Part shown: piece after piece, positions 22,558-32,871 of the stretch
How positions within the stretch are numbered: the stretch's first letter is position 1
Layout of the letters: each line of letters begins with the position of its first letter
Assembly: GCA_044220955.1 (NCBI GenBank)
Contig: JBGAQA010000013.1
Span: forward strand, 36,674-100,673
Length of the DNA stretch: 64,000 nucleotides
From: Sandaracinaceae bacterium
GTDB lineage: Bacteria; Myxococcota_A; Polyangia; Polyangiales; Sandaracinaceae
Reading direction: 5' to 3'
Position numbers and translations under genes: made by a program
Notes under the pieces: generated by a model
Seen by the model: only the letters and a program-made list of their open reading frames with translations
Told to the model about the DNA's origin: nothing
Database searches by the model: none

Positions 22558-23403
22558 ATGTCCTCGCCCCTCGTCTCCGCCGAGTCACTCGCTCGCGAGC
22601 TCTCGGAGGATCCCGCGCTCGTCCTGCTCGATGCCCGCGCGGGCGCGGACGCCCGCGAGCGCTTCCGGGCCGAGCACCTCCGCGGCGCCCGCTTCGTCAG
22701 CGGTGACGTCGACCTCGCGCAGCCCGGTGATCCCGCGCAGGGCGGACGTCACCCCCTGCCGCCGCCGGCGGTGTTCGCCGCCACCCTGGCGCGGCTCGGC
22801 GTCGGCGCCGGCTCCCGCGTGGTCGTCTACGACGACAAGAACGGCACGAACCCGGCCGCGCGCGCGTGGTGGATGCTCCGCGCCGCCGGCCTCGACGCGC
22901 GCGTGCTCGACGGGGGCGTCGTCGAAGCGCTCGCGGCGGGTATCCGCGCGGAGACGGGTGACCCACCGATCGCGGCCGTCCCACCCTCACCGCTCGAGCG
23001 CTGGCTCCTGCCCACGGTGACGATCGATCGGATCGAGGCCCTCTCTCTCGCTCCGAGCGTGCCGGTGCTCGACGCGCGCAGCGCCGCGCGTCACCGCGGC
23101 GACGCCGATCCCTTCGACCCGCGCCCCGGCCACATCCCCCGGACGACGAGCGCTCCGCACGAGGCCTCGCTCGACGCCGACGGACGGATGCTCGACGCAG
23201 CGACGCTGCGAGCGCGCTTCGAGGCGCTGCTCGGCGGGCACGTGCCCGCCGAGGCGATCGTCTACTGCGGCTCCGGCGTGACGGCCTGCCACCTCCTGCT
23301 CGCGATGGAGCACGCGGGGCTGCCGGGCGCCGCCCTCTACGTCGGCAGCTTCTCGGAGTGGACGCGAACGGGGCGCCCCGTCGCGACGGGGCTCGGGACG
23401 TGA
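22558..23403 (+). CDS. Sulfurtransferase (tandem rhodanese, SseA-like)
   Basis: GGRHPLP, AARAWWML, LDAR, GHIP, active site YCGSGVTAC, LYVGSFSEW. Confidence 0.93.
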   Translation: MSSPLVSAESLARELSEDPALVLLDARAGADARERFRAEHLRGARFVSGDVDLAQPGDPAQGGRHPLPPPAVFAATLARLGVGAGSRVVVYDDKNGTNPAARAWWMLRAAGLDARVLDGGVVEALAAGIRAETGDPPIAAVPPSPLERWLLPTVTIDRIEALSLAPSVPVLDARSAARHRGDADPFDPRPGHIPRTTSAPHEASLDADGRMLDAATLRARFEALLGGHVPAEAIVYCGSGVTACHLLLAMEHAGLPGAALYVGSFSEWTRTGRPVATGLGT

Positions 23404-24467
23404 ACCGCGCGGCCATCGTGCTCGTGCTCGCGCTCGTCGCTCTGGTCGCGCGACCGCTCGCGGGCCAGGACGGAAGCGATCGCCCGCGCGTGTTCCGCAC
23501 CGAGCCCGGCGGACCCGAGCTCGTGGTCTCCCAGACGGTCCGCACCGGCGTTCAGCCCAAGAGCGTGAACGTGAGCCCCGACGGCACCCGCGTCGTCGTC
23601 TGCAACTTCGGCTTCGCCGATCACGACAACGTCTTCGTCTACGACGCGACGACGCTCGAGCGCGTCGGCGTGCTCACGTTCCCGGGCAACGCGGTCGAGA
23701 CCGTCTTCACGCGCGACGGCGCGACCCTCTACGTGTCGAACTTCCGCGGTCACACCGTCGAGGTGTTCGACTTCACGTCCTGCACGAGCGCGACCCCGGC
23801 CTCGCCTTGCGCCGAGTCTCCCCGCGCCTCGATCGCCACCGCGCGCCATCCGAAATTCATGGCGCTCTCGCCGGACGAGCGGACCCTCTACGTCGCCGAC
23901 TGGGGCGATCGCGCGGTGTCGGTCGTCGACACGACCACGTACCGCGAGACGCGGCGCCTGCCGACGGAGCGCCACCCGCGCGGCCTCGCCGTGCGCCCGG
24001 ACGGAACGCTGCTCGCGGCCGCGTTCGACGGCAACGTCATCCACGTCTTTCCCGCCGGCGCGTCCGCCGAGAGCGCGCGCTGGGACGCCTGCGACTACCC
24101 GCGACACCTCCTTCTCTCTCCGGACGCACGCACGCTCTACGTCACCTGTACGCTCGGCACCCTCGGCTTCTACGATGCGCAGACCGGGCGCCGCTTCGGC
24201 CTCGGCACGCTCCACAGGAACCCGCGGACCATCGACATCAGTCACGACGGCCGCTGGGTCGCGAGCGCGAACTTCACCTCCAGCGACGTCTCGGTCGTCG
24301 ACACCGTCGATCACGTCCACCGCACGCACGCCGTTCCGGGCGCGAACCAGATCGTCGGCCTCGCCATCCATCCCGGTCCGGCCCTGCGCATCTACGCCAC
24401 GAGCTGGCGCACCGGGCAGCTCTTCGTGCTCACCGAAGGCCACGCCGAGCGGCGCCGCCACCCTTGA
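23400..24467 (+). CDS. Secreted YncE/YVTN-like beta-propeller protein
   Basis: Signal peptide; repeated SPDG..LYV / VSVVDT blades. Confidence 0.85.
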   Translation: MNRAAIVLVLALVALVARPLAGQDGSDRPRVFRTEPGGPELVVSQTVRTGVQPKSVNVSPDGTRVVVCNFGFADHDNVFVYDATTLERVGVLTFPGNAVETVFTRDGATLYVSNFRGHTVEVFDFTSCTSATPASPCAESPRASIATARHPKFMALSPDERTLYVADWGDRAVSVVDTTTYRETRRLPTERHPRGLAVRPDGTLLAAAFDGNVIHVFPAGASAESARWDACDYPRHLLLSPDARTLYVTCTLGTLGFYDAQTGRRFGLGTLHRNPRTIDISHDGRWVASANFTSSDVSVVDTVDHVHRTHAVPGANQIVGLAIHPGPALRIYATSWRTGQLFVLTEGHAERRRHP

Positions 24468-24539
24468 CGCGCGTACCGGACGGGCGTGACCGAACGCTTG
24501 GTCGATCCGGCCCGAATCGGTCATCCTCTGAGTCCTCGG

Positions 24540-26294
24540 ATGCTCCGCTTCGCCCTGGCTTCGATGGTGGCGCTCGCGCTCCTCACGCCCCACCCCGCGT
24601 CCGCGCAGCGGATCGTGCAGATCCACTTCACCCCGGCGGCGCCTCGCGCACAGTTCGCCGTGTGGATCGAGAGCCCCGAGGGCGCCTACCTGCGGACACT
24701 CGCGCTGACGCAGGCGGTCGCGTATCGGGGCATCGGGAACCGGCCGGGCGCTTGCGAGATGAACAGCGGCTTCCACTGGCCCTACGGACGCCGCGAGGGT
24801 GTGCTGCCGGTGTGGGGCCACGCGCGGGCGAGCGCTCCGGGCGCCGAGCTCTTCCGACGGGTGATCTTCCAGGACCGCTCCTCCGAGGGCTACGCCTCGC
24901 GCACCAGCGAGGACTCGACGCGCGACGACTACTTCTGCCTCTCGTTCAACCAGGCGAGCACGCGCCAGGAAGCGCTCGACGCCGTCAGCTGCGCGAGCGT
25001 CTTCAACAGCGACAAGGGCCGCTACATCACGCCGGACGACATCGCGCGCGGCTACTCCGAGCCGATCGACGAGGAGCCGGGGCGCTACGCGCTCGACGCC
25101 TTCTCGCTCTACCCGCCGCGCCGCGACGTGACGCGCTGCACCCCCGGTCCGACCTGCCGGGACACGGCGGACGTCGACCTCTACGACGTGGACGTCCACC
25201 GGATCATGCCGGAGATCGACGCCGTGACGATGGCGACCGCCCGCGCCGGCGCCTCCGTCGACATCATGTTCACCGCGCCCGACGAGTGGCCTGCCGGCAC
25301 CTACCGCGTGCTCGTCGAGGTCTCGGTCGAGGGTGACGCCAACGAGTCCTTCCCGACCCTGCCCGTCCCGAGCGGCCCGGCATGGGATAGCTGGGCGATG
25401 GGGTACGGCTACTCGTACCGCGGCCAGCCCTCGGTGGTCTACGCCATGGAGGTCGCGCTCGACGCCGACGGGGACACCGTCTCCACGCTCATGCCCGTGG
25501 GCTACGGCTCGGTCGACGGGCGTGGCGCGGACGGCGGACGGATCCACACGATGGACGGCACGATCTCGATGGATCCGACGCTGCACCCGGGCAGTGGCGG
25601 CGATCGCCTCCAGGTCGTGGACGGGGCGCGCGTGTCGATGCAGGTGATCCCGCCCGCGATGTGCGAGACCAACGTGACCCCCGGTGCCGTGCTCGACCTC
25701 GTCGCGTCGGAGTACTCCGACCGCCACGACTCGCACCACTGGGCGCACCTGACGTTCCGCGCCGCGGCGGACGACCAGCGCATCGCGCGCTACGAGGCGC
25801 GCTACTCGACGGACCCGATCACCGATCAAGCCTCGTTCGAGCGGGCACAGCCGGCGCTCGCGGCGAGCATCGAGAGCCTCGCGCTCGAGATCCCCGTCCT
25901 CGCCGCGCCGGGCGATCCGATCTCGGTCGACATCGGCGGGCTCACGTTCCAGACGCACTACTTCGTCGCGGTTCGTGCCGTGGACGGCTGCAACGCGCGC
26001 GGGCCGATCGCCGTGTCCGAGGTCACGACCACGAGCATCCAGTTCACGACCGTCTCGCCCTGCTTCGTCGCGACCGCGGCGTACGGCTCACCGCTCGCGA
26101 GCGAGGTGTCCGCGCTCCGGCGTTTCCGCGATCGCTACCTGATGACGAACGCGCTCGGCCAGGCGCTGGTGGCCACGTACTACGAGACGAGCCCCGGGCT
26201 CGCCGCGTGGATCGGCCAGGACGAGTACCGGCGTGAGGCAGCCCGTGCGCTGCTCGCCCCGATCGTGGGCTTCGCGCGCGCCCTGAGCGAGTAG
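24540..26294 (+). CDS. Secreted protein with FN3-like domain and CFI-box-CTERM tail
   Basis: Signal peptide; QFAVWIE...G.YLRTL N-domain; YFVAVRAVD FN3-like strand; CFVATAAYGS...LRRFRD.YL C-terminus. Confidence 0.8.
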   Translation: MLRFALASMVALALLTPHPASAQRIVQIHFTPAAPRAQFAVWIESPEGAYLRTLALTQAVAYRGIGNRPGACEMNSGFHWPYGRREGVLPVWGHARASAPGAELFRRVIFQDRSSEGYASRTSEDSTRDDYFCLSFNQASTRQEALDAVSCASVFNSDKGRYITPDDIARGYSEPIDEEPGRYALDAFSLYPPRRDVTRCTPGPTCRDTADVDLYDVDVHRIMPEIDAVTMATARAGASVDIMFTAPDEWPAGTYRVLVEVSVEGDANESFPTLPVPSGPAWDSWAMGYGYSYRGQPSVVYAMEVALDADGDTVSTLMPVGYGSVDGRGADGGRIHTMDGTISMDPTLHPGSGGDRLQVVDGARVSMQVIPPAMCETNVTPGAVLDLVASEYSDRHDSHHWAHLTFRAAADDQRIARYEARYSTDPITDQASFERAQPALAASIESLALEIPVLAAPGDPISVDIGGLTFQTHYFVAVRAVDGCNARGPIAVSEVTTTSIQFTTVSPCFVATAAYGSPLASEVSALRRFRDRYLMTNALGQALVATYYETSPGLAAWIGQDEYRREAARALLAPIVGFARALSE

Positions 26295-26303
26295 TCAATC
26301 GCC

Positions 26304-27791
26304 TCAGCGTCGGCGCTTCTTCTCGAGGAAGGGCAGCCGGTCGCGCAGCTTCTCCGCTCGCCCGAGCAGCGCGGCCGCCTTGCCGCCGTACTCCTTGACG
26401 AAGCGCATGACCGCTCCGTCGTCGTCGCCCCCCATCGGGTCGAAGCCGGGGTCGGCGGCGCGAGGGCCGTACATCTTCTCCATGATCTCGAGCACGCTGT
26501 TCTTCACCATCCCGCGGAACGGGATCTTCGCCATCATCCCGTACATCGCCGCGTTGCCGCGCGAGGGAAGACCGGGGTGTGTCTTCAGCCAGTGCATCGC
26601 GCCGCGCAGATCCTCCAGGTACTCGTCGACGATCTTCGTGTGGTTCGAGGTGACCGTGAGGTGGATGCAGTTGGGGCTCTGCATGCGGTCGACGGTCCAG
26701 TCTCGATCCTCCAGCTGATCGGCGAGCGCGAAGACGTCCACGCCGCTCGCATCGCTCGTGCGGTACGCGACGATCGGCGCGTCGGGCCGCGCGATCACCT
26801 CGAGCCCGTCGATCGCGCTGATGCCGTCCACGAGGCGCCGCGCCGCCTTCATCGCCTCGCCCGCGTGGTGCTGATAGCCGTCCTCGCCGAGCGCCATCAT
26901 CGCGCCCCACGCCGCCGAGATCGCGCCGCCCGAGCGCGTGCCAGGCATCGTCGGCGAGGCGTAGATGCCTCCCGGCCAGTCCGTCGACACGAAGAACTGG
27001 TGCTTGAGGTAGCTCATGTCGCGATAGGTGATCGTGGAAGCGCCCTTCGGCGCGAGGCCGTACTTGTGCAGGTCCGCCGAGATGCTCGTCACGCCCGGCA
27101 CGCGGAAGTCCCAGAGCGGGATCGGCTCGCCGAGCCTCTCGAGGAAGGGCAGCACGAAGCCGCCGACGCACGCATCGACGTGGAAAGGGATCTTCCTCCG
27201 TTGCGCGAGGCGCCCGATCTCCTCGATCGGATCGACCACGCCGTGCGGATACTGCGGCGCCGACGCAGCGACGAGCACCGTGCTCGCGTCGATCAGGCTC
27301 TCGAGATCGCGCACGTCGGCGCGCATGTCGCCGCGCACGCGCGCGTAGCGGATCTCGAGCCCGAAGTACGACGCGGCCTTGTCGAACGCGACGTGGATCG
27401 TCTCGGGCACGACGAGGTTGGGCTTGGCGACGCGCTTGTTCGTCGCGCGCGCGCGGTCACGGGCCGTCTTGACGGAGAGCAGGATCGACTCGGTGCCGCC
27501 GCTCGTCATCGTGCCGACGGCCTCGGGTCCGCCGTTCAGGAGCGCGGCCGTCATGCGGGAGACCTCGGCCTCCATGCGCCGCAGGCTCGCGAACGCCATG
27601 GGATTCAAGGCGTTCTCGGCGAAGTAGAGGTTGTGCGCCTTCACGAGGAAGTCGTGGTGCGCCTGCCCCCCGTAGTACACGAGGCTGAACACCCGGCCGC
27701 CCTTCCAGTCGGCGTCGCGCTCGCGAAAGCTCGCCATCTGGGCGAGCAGCTCGTCGTGGGGGACGCCGCGGGCGGGGATGGTGACGCTCAT
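26304..27791 (-). CDS. PLP-dependent sphingosine-1-phosphate lyase-like decarboxylase
   Basis: TSGGTESIL, HVAFDKA, HVDACVGGF, SISADLHKYG, WPGG.YASPT..GTR. Confidence 0.9.
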   Translation of the reverse strand: MSVTIPARGVPHDELLAQMASFRERDADWKGGRVFSLVYYGGQAHHDFLVKAHNLYFAENALNPMAFASLRRMEAEVSRMTAALLNGGPEAVGTMTSGGTESILLSVKTARDRARATNKRVAKPNLVVPETIHVAFDKAASYFGLEIRYARVRGDMRADVRDLESLIDASTVLVAASAPQYPHGVVDPIEEIGRLAQRRKIPFHVDACVGGFVLPFLERLGEPIPLWDFRVPGVTSISADLHKYGLAPKGASTITYRDMSYLKHQFFVSTDWPGGIYASPTMPGTRSGGAISAAWGAMMALGEDGYQHHAGEAMKAARRLVDGISAIDGLEVIARPDAPIVAYRTSDASGVDVFALADQLEDRDWTVDRMQSPNCIHLTVTSNHTKIVDEYLEDLRGAMHWLKTHPGLPSRGNAAMYGMMAKIPFRGMVKNSVLEIMEKMYGPRAADPGFDPMGGDDDGAVMRFVKEYGGKAAALLGRAEKLRDRLPFLEKKRRR

Positions 27792-27842
27792 CGAAGACCG
27801 GCCTCTACGCAATGCATCGCGGCGACCCTACGACGCAGGCAC

Positions 27843-29309
27843 CTACTTGGCGAGCGTGAGGTTCAGGTACTCCGGCTCCTCGGTCACGTCGCGCACCACG
27901 TAAGGCGCCAGCCAGAGCGGGATCTCGGCCACGCGGTCGATCGATGGCAGCTCGACCTCGGCCAGGACCAGCTCGCGGTCGAGGAACACGTCGATCTCCC
28001 ACGTCAGGTCGGCCTCCGCGATCGCGAAGCGCTGCTTGCGGACGCGCTTGCCCGCCGTGAGCGACCAGAGCTTCGCGAAGGTCCTCGCCGTGCACGTCTC
28101 CTCGACCTCGATCCGCGACACGCCGGCACCGAGCTTGATCGTGCGCGTGTGTTCGGTGCCGGTGTCCGTGACCTTGCGCCGCACCCGCTCGTGCAGCTTC
28201 TCGCCCGGCAGGTAGCCCTGCTCGATCGTCGCGAAGGGGCGCCCGTCGAGCAGCGGCGGCGCCGCTCGGAGCAGGAACTTGCGCTCGATCTCGACGGGCA
28301 GTGCGCTCTGAGGCGGCGCCTCCAGGGTCGCCGCCAGCCGCTCGAGCGTGGCGCTGATCGCGTTCAGGCCGTCGCCGTGCACATAGGCGGCGATGACCTC
28401 GGTGAGCAGCGCGGCCTTCTCGGCGTGCGCCTCGCGCAAGAGGGACGCCAGGCCCGGCTCCTCGCCGGCCAGCGGCTCGTCGAGCTCGCCCTCCTTCGTC
28501 GTCGCGGCGTGCGCGAGTCTGCGCGCGCGATCGAGCGCCTGCGCCTCCATCGCCTCGCCGAGCGCGCGCGTGCGCACGGCCAGGTCGTTCAGGTTCCCGA
28601 GCCGCTCCTGCAGTACGCGCAGTGCCCTGGCGCCCTCGCGCGCCTCTTCGAGCTCGTCTCTCAAGGGCTCGATCAGGTAGCGAACGCGCTTGCCGTGGAT
28701 GCGCGCCTCGTGCGCGATCGCCTCGTCCTCGATCGTGCGCACGGAGGTCAGCGCGGCCGTGAGCTTCGCGGTCTCCGCGCGCAGCTGCCGCGCGACCCGC
28801 TCGCCGAAGCGTGCGCGAGGCCGGTCGCCGAGCAGCGAGCGTTCTTCGCGGAAGTGGCCGAGGTCCCGCTCGAGCTTGGGGAGGAGCTTCACGAGCTCGG
28901 GGACGAGGGAGTCCTTCAGCTCCTCGTACGCCCGCTCCTTGCGCTCGGAGAGCGCGGCGGCCCACCAGCGCGCTCCCGCGCGCTCCGTCCAGTCGTGCCG
29001 CGAGAGCTGACCTTCGATCCACGCCAGCTGCACCTCGGCGTCGCGCGCCTCGCCCGTCGCACGCGCGATCGCGCGCAGGCGCCTCCTGGTCTTGCCGCGG
29101 ACGCTCTCGTCGAGCTCGTCCTCGAAGAAGCGCACCAGCGAGCGCAGGCGTCGGAGCGCCACGCGCAGGTCGTGCAGCGCCTCGGGATCGGTGGCCGAGA
29201 GCAGCCGGGCCGCGGCCTCGCGCGCCTCGCCCGCGAAGCCGATCGCGATCCTGCGCACCCCCTCCTCGGGACTCGTCTCCGTCAGCGGCACGGCCGGCGG
29301 CGTCAGCAT
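27843..29309 (-). CDS. CHAD + CYTH domain protein (polyphosphate binding / triphosphatase-like)
   Basis: LHDLRVALRRLRS, RDAEV, HEARIHGKRVRY, LQERLGNLND (CHAD); EIERKFLL, IEQGYL, LAEVEL (CYTH). Confidence 0.92.
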   Translation of the reverse strand: MLTPPAVPLTETSPEEGVRRIAIGFAGEAREAAARLLSATDPEALHDLRVALRRLRSLVRFFEDELDESVRGKTRRRLRAIARATGEARDAEVQLAWIEGQLSRHDWTERAGARWWAAALSERKERAYEELKDSLVPELVKLLPKLERDLGHFREERSLLGDRPRARFGERVARQLRAETAKLTAALTSVRTIEDEAIAHEARIHGKRVRYLIEPLRDELEEAREGARALRVLQERLGNLNDLAVRTRALGEAMEAQALDRARRLAHAATTKEGELDEPLAGEEPGLASLLREAHAEKAALLTEVIAAYVHGDGLNAISATLERLAATLEAPPQSALPVEIERKFLLRAAPPLLDGRPFATIEQGYLPGEKLHERVRRKVTDTGTEHTRTIKLGAGVSRIEVEETCTARTFAKLWSLTAGKRVRKQRFAIAEADLTWEIDVFLDRELVLAEVELPSIDRVAEIPLWLAPYVVRDVTEEPEYLNLTLAK

Positions 29310-29378
29310 GCGCCGGTTGTACCCGAGATCGTGCGATCCGGGTGACGTCGGTTACTCTCCGCTCTCGGAGACGCGATC

Positions 29379-29921
29379 ATGGAAACGACCCAGGCGGCGG
29401 ATCGTGCGATGGCGGGCTGGCTCGGCGCGCTCGGCAAGGCAGGGCTCCTCTCGGCGAGCGAGGTAGAGACCTCCACGGCCGTGGCGCAGTACGTCGTCGG
29501 CGAGGAGGCGATCGACTCGCTGCGCGCGTTCTTCGCGAGCGCGAGCCCCGAGGTCCGCGAGCGGGAGAAGAAGGCGGCGATCGAGGTCTGCATCTGGATG
29601 ACGCACGCCGATCGCCAGGTCGATCCCGAGGAGGTCGCGCTGCTCCGCGAGATCATCGGACGCAGCGGCCTCTCGGCGGACGTCCAGGACGAGCTCGTGC
29701 AGAGCACGCACGAGCCGCCCTCGCTCGAGGCGATCGAGGAGCGCCTGACGCACCCGGTCCTGCGCGAGCTGCTCCTCGCGCTCAGCTGGGAGCTCGCGTC
29801 CGTCGACGGCACCGTGGCCAAGTCCGAGCGCGACTTCTACACGGGCCTGAGCAAGCGCCTCGGCGTCACGGCGGTGCGCGCCGCCGAGATCCAGCGCGCG
29901 ATCGCCGAGCGCGTCGGGTAG
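29379..29921 (+). CDS. TerB-like domain protein
   Basis: HADRQVDPEE and VDGTVAKSERDF TerB-like motifs. Confidence 0.7.
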   Translation: METTQAADRAMAGWLGALGKAGLLSASEVETSTAVAQYVVGEEAIDSLRAFFASASPEVREREKKAAIEVCIWMTHADRQVDPEEVALLREIIGRSGLSADVQDELVQSTHEPPSLEAIEERLTHPVLRELLLALSWELASVDGTVAKSERDFYTGLSKRLGVTAVRAAEIQRAIAERVG

Positions 29922-29924
29922 CGC

Positions 29925-30458
29925 TCACCGCCGCCGCTTCGGCGCGGGCGCGGTCGGCATGAGCAGGGCGCTCGTCACGTCGTCCCACGCGCCCTTCTCG
30001 TCCAGGACGATCGAGGTGACCCGCAGGTGCAGCACGACGCGCTCGACCTTCGAGGTCACGCCGGCCGCGCGCTTCTTGTCGAGCCGCTCGAACACCGCTT
30101 CGGTCCCGGGCACGGGGAACGGCCGCGAGACGTGTAGCGTCTTGCCGTAGCGCCGCTGACCGCCGCCCAGGCGCGTCCCGAGGTTCGAGTGCTTCGGATC
30201 GCGGACGCCGGTGCGTCGGTCGATCACCTCGGTGCAGATCATGTTGGCGTCGATCAGGTAGAGCCGGTTCAGCGTCCAGACCTCGAGCATGACGGTCGGG
30301 GTCACGTGCGGCGCGTCCCCGCTCGCCGCGTGCGTGTCGCGATCGAAGACGACCTCGAGCGGTACGATCTCCGGCGTGTCGGGGAATGCCTCGTGGAACG
30401 TCGTCCGGATGGTGTCCGCGATCGTCTTGCCGTCGGCGTCGTCGGACCAGTCGGGCAT
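29925..30458 (-). CDS. Hypothetical protein
   Basis: GC3-biased ORF with globular-looking sequence (MLEVWTLNRLYLID); start uncertain. Confidence 0.65.
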   Translation of the reverse strand: MPDWSDDADGKTIADTIRTTFHEAFPDTPEIVPLEVVFDRDTHAASGDAPHVTPTVMLEVWTLNRLYLIDANMICTEVIDRRTGVRDPKHSNLGTRLGGGQRRYGKTLHVSRPFPVPGTEAVFERLDKKRAAGVTSKVERVVLHLRVTSIVLDEKGAWDDVTSALLMPTAPAPKRRR

Positions 30459-30520
30459 CGGCGCCGAGGATACACCGGGCGCGACCATGACGCGCTCGCC
30501 CCGAGCCGCTACGTTCACGC

Positions 30521-31456
30521 GTGTTGGCTCTGCGCGCGCAGCTCGATCGGGTCCGACGCCACGTCGAGGAACGGCTCGACCAGGCGTGGTCGATCGCGCG
30601 CCACCGGCTCGGGCCCCGCCCGCTCTCGGTCCCCTTCGAAGGGGAGCCGCGCTTCGCCGTGGTGACGGTGAACTACTCCACCACACGCTACCTGAAGCTG
30701 ATGCTGGCGACACTCGGAGAGCAGACCGAGCGTGCGCGCATCGTGCGCATCGTCGTGGTCGACAACGGGTCGCGCGACGGGGGCATCGGCTTCGAGCGGG
30801 CGCTCGCGTCGCGCGTGGGCCGGGTGTCTCTCGTCGAGAACCGCCACTGGCTCTCGCACGCGCGCGGCGTCCGATCCGGGCTGAGGCGGCTCGACGCGCT
30901 CGAGCGGTCGCTGCCCGAGCACCGTCGCGCCAACGTCGTCGTGTTCGTCGACACCGACGTGGTGTTCCGTGACCCGACCACGCTCGCGTGCGTCGCCGAC
31001 CGGCTCAAGGCGCCGAAGGTGGCGGCGGCGGGCGAGCTCCGGCGAGGCGTCTACCCCCATCCGGAGGCGCAGGCGTCGTTCCTCGTCGTGCGTCGCGACT
31101 GCCTGGCGCGCCCCGACGTCGCGCCCTGGGTGAACCACGGCGCACCCGCGTACTGGCTTCAGCGCAGCCTCTGGCGCGCCGGCCTCGTGATCGCCGACTT
31201 CCCGAGCAACGCTGGCGGGTTCGTCCTGCACCGCGGGCGGAGCGGGGTCGCCGCCGCCGCGCGCTACCGTCCCCGCGCCGCCTACGCTTCGGTGCCGGAC
31301 GTCGCGCCGCACTACATGGGTGTCGCGGACGGCGCCGCGATCTGGGCGGCGGTCGAGCGGCAATGGAGCGCGCTCGTTGACGACGACGGGCGAGCGCTCG
31401 AGCACCTCGCGCTCCGGTTCGGCTCGTCCCCCCTCGTCGAATCGACGGGTGCATGA
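30521..31456 (+). CDS. Glycosyltransferase family 2-like protein
   Basis: AVVTVNY, IVVVDNGSRDG, VFVDTDVVF (DxD). Confidence 0.8.
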   Translation: MLALRAQLDRVRRHVEERLDQAWSIARHRLGPRPLSVPFEGEPRFAVVTVNYSTTRYLKLMLATLGEQTERARIVRIVVVDNGSRDGGIGFERALASRVGRVSLVENRHWLSHARGVRSGLRRLDALERSLPEHRRANVVVFVDTDVVFRDPTTLACVADRLKAPKVAAAGELRRGVYPHPEAQASFLVVRRDCLARPDVAPWVNHGAPAYWLQRSLWRAGLVIADFPSNAGGFVLHRGRSGVAAAARYRPRAAYASVPDVAPHYMGVADGAAIWAAVERQWSALVDDDGRALEHLALRFGSSPLVESTGA

Positions 31457-31486
31457 ACATCGGCTAAATTCGCAATGAGGTCATCC

Positions 31487-32464
31487 ATGAACACACGTTT
31501 GCTTTTCTTCCCGCTATGCTCGCTGACCCTGGGGCTCATGGGCTGTCCTGCGCCGAGCGATGCGCCCGACGCCTTCGTCGGCCAAGACGGCGGGCCCATG
31601 ATCGACATGGGGCCGGGCCGCGACACGGGCCCCGGGCGCGACATGGGGCCGATGCCCGACATGGGCCTCGACGCGGGCACCGACGCTGCCGTCACCGACG
31701 CGTACGTTCCGCCCGACGCTTTCGATCCGGCCTGCAGCACGACCTGCGACGACGGCAACGCGTGCAACGGAGCCGAGACGTGTGATGGGACGACGGGGAC
31801 CTGCGTGCCAGGCGTCGCCCTCGTGTGCGACGACTCGATGGCCTGCACGACCGATAGCTGTGATCCCGTGGCCGGCTGCGTGCACGTCACGCCCGACACC
31901 GACACGGACGGCGACGACGACTGCAGCGACTGCGCGCCGACCGACCCCGCGCGCCACCACGGCGCGACCGAGATCTGCAACAGCCTCGACGACGACTGCG
32001 ATCTCGGGATCGACGAGTCCGTCGCGGGCGCGTTCTACGCCGACTGCGACGGCGACGGATTCGCGACGATCGGCGCCGCCGTCTCGACCGGCTGCGTCGC
32101 GCCCCCGCCCGCCGACACCGGCTGCGGCACCACCGCCGAGGCGTGGACGCCCACGATGGCCACCGCTTCGGACTGGGACTGCGCCGACGACGAGCCGGCC
32201 GCGCACTCGCACGTCTCGACCTTCCACACGACGGCGATCGCGAGCGCGCCCGATCCCTCGGTCGACTTCGACTACGACTGCGACTTCGCCGAGACGCCTG
32301 AGTTCCCCTCGCAGGGCTCCTGCGTCATGGGTACGACGTGCGTGCTCACGATGGGCTGGGCGCTGGCCGCCATCCCCGACTGCGGCGAGACCGGCGCGTT
32401 CGTCACGGCGTGCGGTACAGGCTGCGCGCCCACCACGTCGAGCCGCACGCAAGGCTGCCACTGA
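31487..32464 (+). CDS. Cys/Asp-rich lipoprotein with putative metal-binding (MopE-like) repeats
   Basis: LGLMGC lipobox; CDDGNACNG.ETC, GATEICNSLDDDCD..IDE, YADCDGDG, DFDYDCD. Confidence 0.85.
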   Translation: MNTRLLFFPLCSLTLGLMGCPAPSDAPDAFVGQDGGPMIDMGPGRDTGPGRDMGPMPDMGLDAGTDAAVTDAYVPPDAFDPACSTTCDDGNACNGAETCDGTTGTCVPGVALVCDDSMACTTDSCDPVAGCVHVTPDTDTDGDDDCSDCAPTDPARHHGATEICNSLDDDCDLGIDESVAGAFYADCDGDGFATIGAAVSTGCVAPPPADTGCGTTAEAWTPTMATASDWDCADDEPAAHSHVSTFHTTAIASAPDPSVDFDYDCDFAETPEFPSQGSCVMGTTCVLTMGWALAAIPDCGETGAFVTACGTGCAPTTSSRTQGCH

Positions 32465-32484
32465 CGGAAGCCGAGCGCGCGGCG

Positions 32485-32871
32485 ATGCCTCGTCTCCGCG
32501 CGCTCGCATCGTATCTGGCAGCGCGCGCGTGGATCGCGCGCCACTACGCGGCGACGCCGCTCGACGATCTGCTCGGCGCGATCGATCGCCGCCCCAGCCG
32601 GGCACGGTCGCGCGACGACGTGCTCGGAGCGATCCGGCTCGCCGAGCCCATCGCGCGGCGCGCGCGCCTCGGGCCGGACACGTGTCTGTTCCGGGCGCTC
32701 GCGCGCTATGCGTCGTTCAAGCGCGCCGGCCTCCCGGTGCGGTTCGTGATGGCCGTCGACGAGGACGACGACCGCGTCGGGCACGCTTGGGTCGAGCTCG
32801 ACGGAGTGCCCCAGCTGGAGGACGATCTACGGCGGTACCGACGGACGCTGCAGCACCCGTCCCGCGCGTGA
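32485..32871 (+). CDS. Lasso peptide B2-type transglutaminase-like leader peptidase
   Basis: DTCLFRALA (catalytic Cys) and GHAWVELDG (His/Glu) motifs, 128 aa. Confidence 0.88.
   Translation: MPRLRALASYLAARAWIARHYAATPLDDLLGAIDRRPSRARSRDDVLGAIRLAEPIARRARLGPDTCLFRALARYASFKRAGLPVRFVMAVDEDDDRVGHAWVELDGVPQLEDDLRRYRRTLQHPSRA

Noticed and set aside
31604..31669. 18-bp period tandem repeat
   Set aside because: Encodes the DMGPGR linker of a lipoprotein; no spacers, not CRISPR.
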